This document shows, one piece after another, positions 62,045 to 64,000 of a DNA stretch of 64,000 bases. Under the pieces are notes generated by a model. It was not told the DNA's origin. It did no database searches and worked only from the letters and a program-made list of their open reading frames with translations. The translations under genes and the position numbers were made by a program. This DNA comes from Chiloscyllium plagiosum (Eukaryota). The stretch covers positions 96,433,765 to 96,497,764 of the forward strand of contig NC_057718.1 of NCBI RefSeq assembly GCF_004010195.1, given 5' to 3'. How positions within the stretch are numbered: position 1 is the stretch's first letter; the number at the start of each line of letters is the position of its first letter.

Positions 62045-62165
62045 GGAAGTGAGGACTGCAGATGCTGAAGCGTCAGAGTCAAAATGTGTGGCACTGAAAA
62101 AGCACAGCAGGTCAGGCAGCATCCGAGAAGCAACAGAGTCGATGTTTCGGACATAAGCCCTTCAT
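62045..62165 (-). mobile_element. PLE-derived family A
   Basis: AGTGAGGACTGCAGATGCTG...GTTTCGGACATAAGCCCTTCAT. Confidence 0.75.
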
Positions 62166-62789
62166 TCGTCTAACCACCCACTATCCTTTCTATCTAGAGG
62201 TAAGTGGGAAAACTGCAAATAATTCAAGCAAAATGCCTATTGATTCCCTATGATTAGCAAAGTTCAAGTCAGGATAGTTGGCATTATGTATCATAATGAG
62301 GATGAACCGACAATCTTCCTTTCCCTCCTCTCACAACTCACCTGCCTATTCTAAAGGAAGACTTGCAATTACATAGCACCCATCACATCCCCAGGGTGTC
62401 TCAAAGTGTTTCACAACAAATTGCATTCTCTTCTTGCTGCCAACTTACTCTGCCCACTCTTCTGGGGATAATTTGGCCGATCAATTTTGATGTTTTGGTT
62501 CGTAATATTTAAACGCCAACTGGATCGTTTGAATATCGCCTCTTTCTTTTCCCCTCAATTTCCTGAAACTTTCCTCACAACCGATTTGCAAAATCATAAT
62601 CCCGCCCACTGTCAAGACCAATTCCTTTTTATATAGCTCCCTGCTGTCATTATTCTCTTTGAAATCATTGCCGGCTCTCTGTTCTGCTTTTCTCCAATAT
62701 TTCCAGAGCGTCTGAAAATATTAACCAATGATTTCATGTTCCATTCTCTTTGGAGTCATAGGACATATCTGAATGGCTCCAAGACCTTT

Positions 62790-63725
62790 GTAAATATTTA
62801 ATTCCGTGTCTTCTTTTATAACACAAGACCCTTTGACAGCGGAATGTGGAACTTGCTACCACATGGAGTAGTTAGGAGGAATAACATAGAGGCCTTTAAG
62901 GGGAAGCTCAGTAAAGTACTTTAGGGAGAATGGAATGGAATGAAATACAGAAAGGTTCAGAAGAAGTACAGTAAAAAAAGACTAATTTGGAAGTTATCTG
63001 CCAGCACAGGATTTGGGCTGAATGGTCTGTTTCTATGCTGCAAATTCTACTTAAGTACTTTTGAAATGCAATTATTTTAAGCCAAGTAAGTGTGGCAAGA
63101 AACATTACCCACCACGAAGGCGCCTAAATCACTAAATGACCAGATAGTCTATTTCTCAATAACCTTCTAAAGGACAGTAGTGACTCCATATCCAACACAA
63201 ATTTAGCACAGCAATTCCAAAGTGCACTGGTTTCTGATAAAAATACTTCCTGGGAACATACCTATCACATTCCTGTGTAATTTTTGTGTATTATTCACCT
63301 ATTGAACTTCCATAAATAATTTTAATAATCTTATTTATTAGTAAATGTCTAACGAAGTAGAAAAGTAAGGGGTAATCCAATAGTAGATCCTAAGGTAATT
63401 AAACAGTATGAAAGGATGAATAGAAAGAAACTATTCCAATTGGTGGTAAGTCTAGAACAAGGGCCTTAAATTAGAGCCCTTAACAGTGCACTTTTTCACA
63501 GAACTGGCATGGGACACTGAACCCCTTCACCCCACAAGCTCTGTTGAGGTTAGATGGTCAAGTAACAACTTCAAAACTGAGATTGATAGATGAATTTCAG
63601 AAATGGGTATTACGCATTACAGAGCCGAGGCAGACAGACAGAGTTAAACTACAGATCATCTACCACCTAATCAAATCTAATCAATCTAAATAATCTGAAG
63701 GAACTGAATGGCCAAATCCTGTCCT
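62790..63725 (+). mobile_element. two old CR1-group 3' remnants (62790-63040, 63340-63725)
   Basis: ATGTGGAACTTGCTACCACA (MWNLLP); GCTGAATGGTCTGTTTC tail; TTCAAAACTGAGATTGATAGA. Confidence 0.55.
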
Positions 63726-64000
63726 TGTATGCTACATTTCATTTCAAAAGTTTCAATCGCGTTCCCTTTAACTCCTTCTTGTTTCAAAATAAATGGCCCA
63801 AACTCTTAAAACTATTACTCATAAAGCAGAGTCTTCAGACTGGCAGCAACGCCTCAGTTGAACTTTCTCAGGAGACTAAATACCATTCACTGAACCGGAC
63901 CAAAATACTTTACTGATGGAGCCTCTAGTTTGTTTATTGCAGTACTTTTGGTCTAAGGGGGCATGTAGCTCAGTTATCTCAGACAGATGGCTCGAATGAA

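Noticed and set aside
1..64000. Prokaryotic-type systems (CRISPR array, operon, defence island)
   Set aside because: No regularly spaced repeat-spacer array and no gene-dense ORFs; content is vertebrate retroelements.

Overview
Repeat-dense, non-genic vertebrate DNA, almost certainly from a cartilaginous fish: about 20 HE1-type (V-SINE) tRNA-derived SINEs sit alongside their partner CR1/HER1-type LINEs. I found no confident host protein-coding gene. Nearly all long ORFs are decayed retroelement ORFs or their antisense shadows, so the window is probably a large intron or gene desert with a few TE-poor, enhancer-like islands. Contents: many 5'-truncated CR1 copies (often nested), an L2/CR1-group LINE with a SINE sharing its tail, stacked Tx1-like LINE ends, a fragmented Gypsy element, Tigger-like MITEs, DeuSINE remnants and many Penelope-like element (PLE) derivatives. 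The most interesting signal is a minimal type-I hammerhead ribozyme architecture (stem I-CUGANGA-N-stem II-GAAA-palindromic stem III-UH-stem I) kept by at least five sequence-divergent PLE-derived families with compensatory stem changes, often in palindromic or tandem layouts. PLE hammerheads are a known class; whether these particular shark families are described I cannot check. Other notable structures: Tx1 copies stacked at a repeated ATAAACAGG motif, a two-source inverted templated insertion, a 301-bp local duplication at a LINE 5' junction, and a TSD-flanked tRNA-dimer SINE. Family names come from motif recognition without database searches, and boundaries of old elements are approximate.
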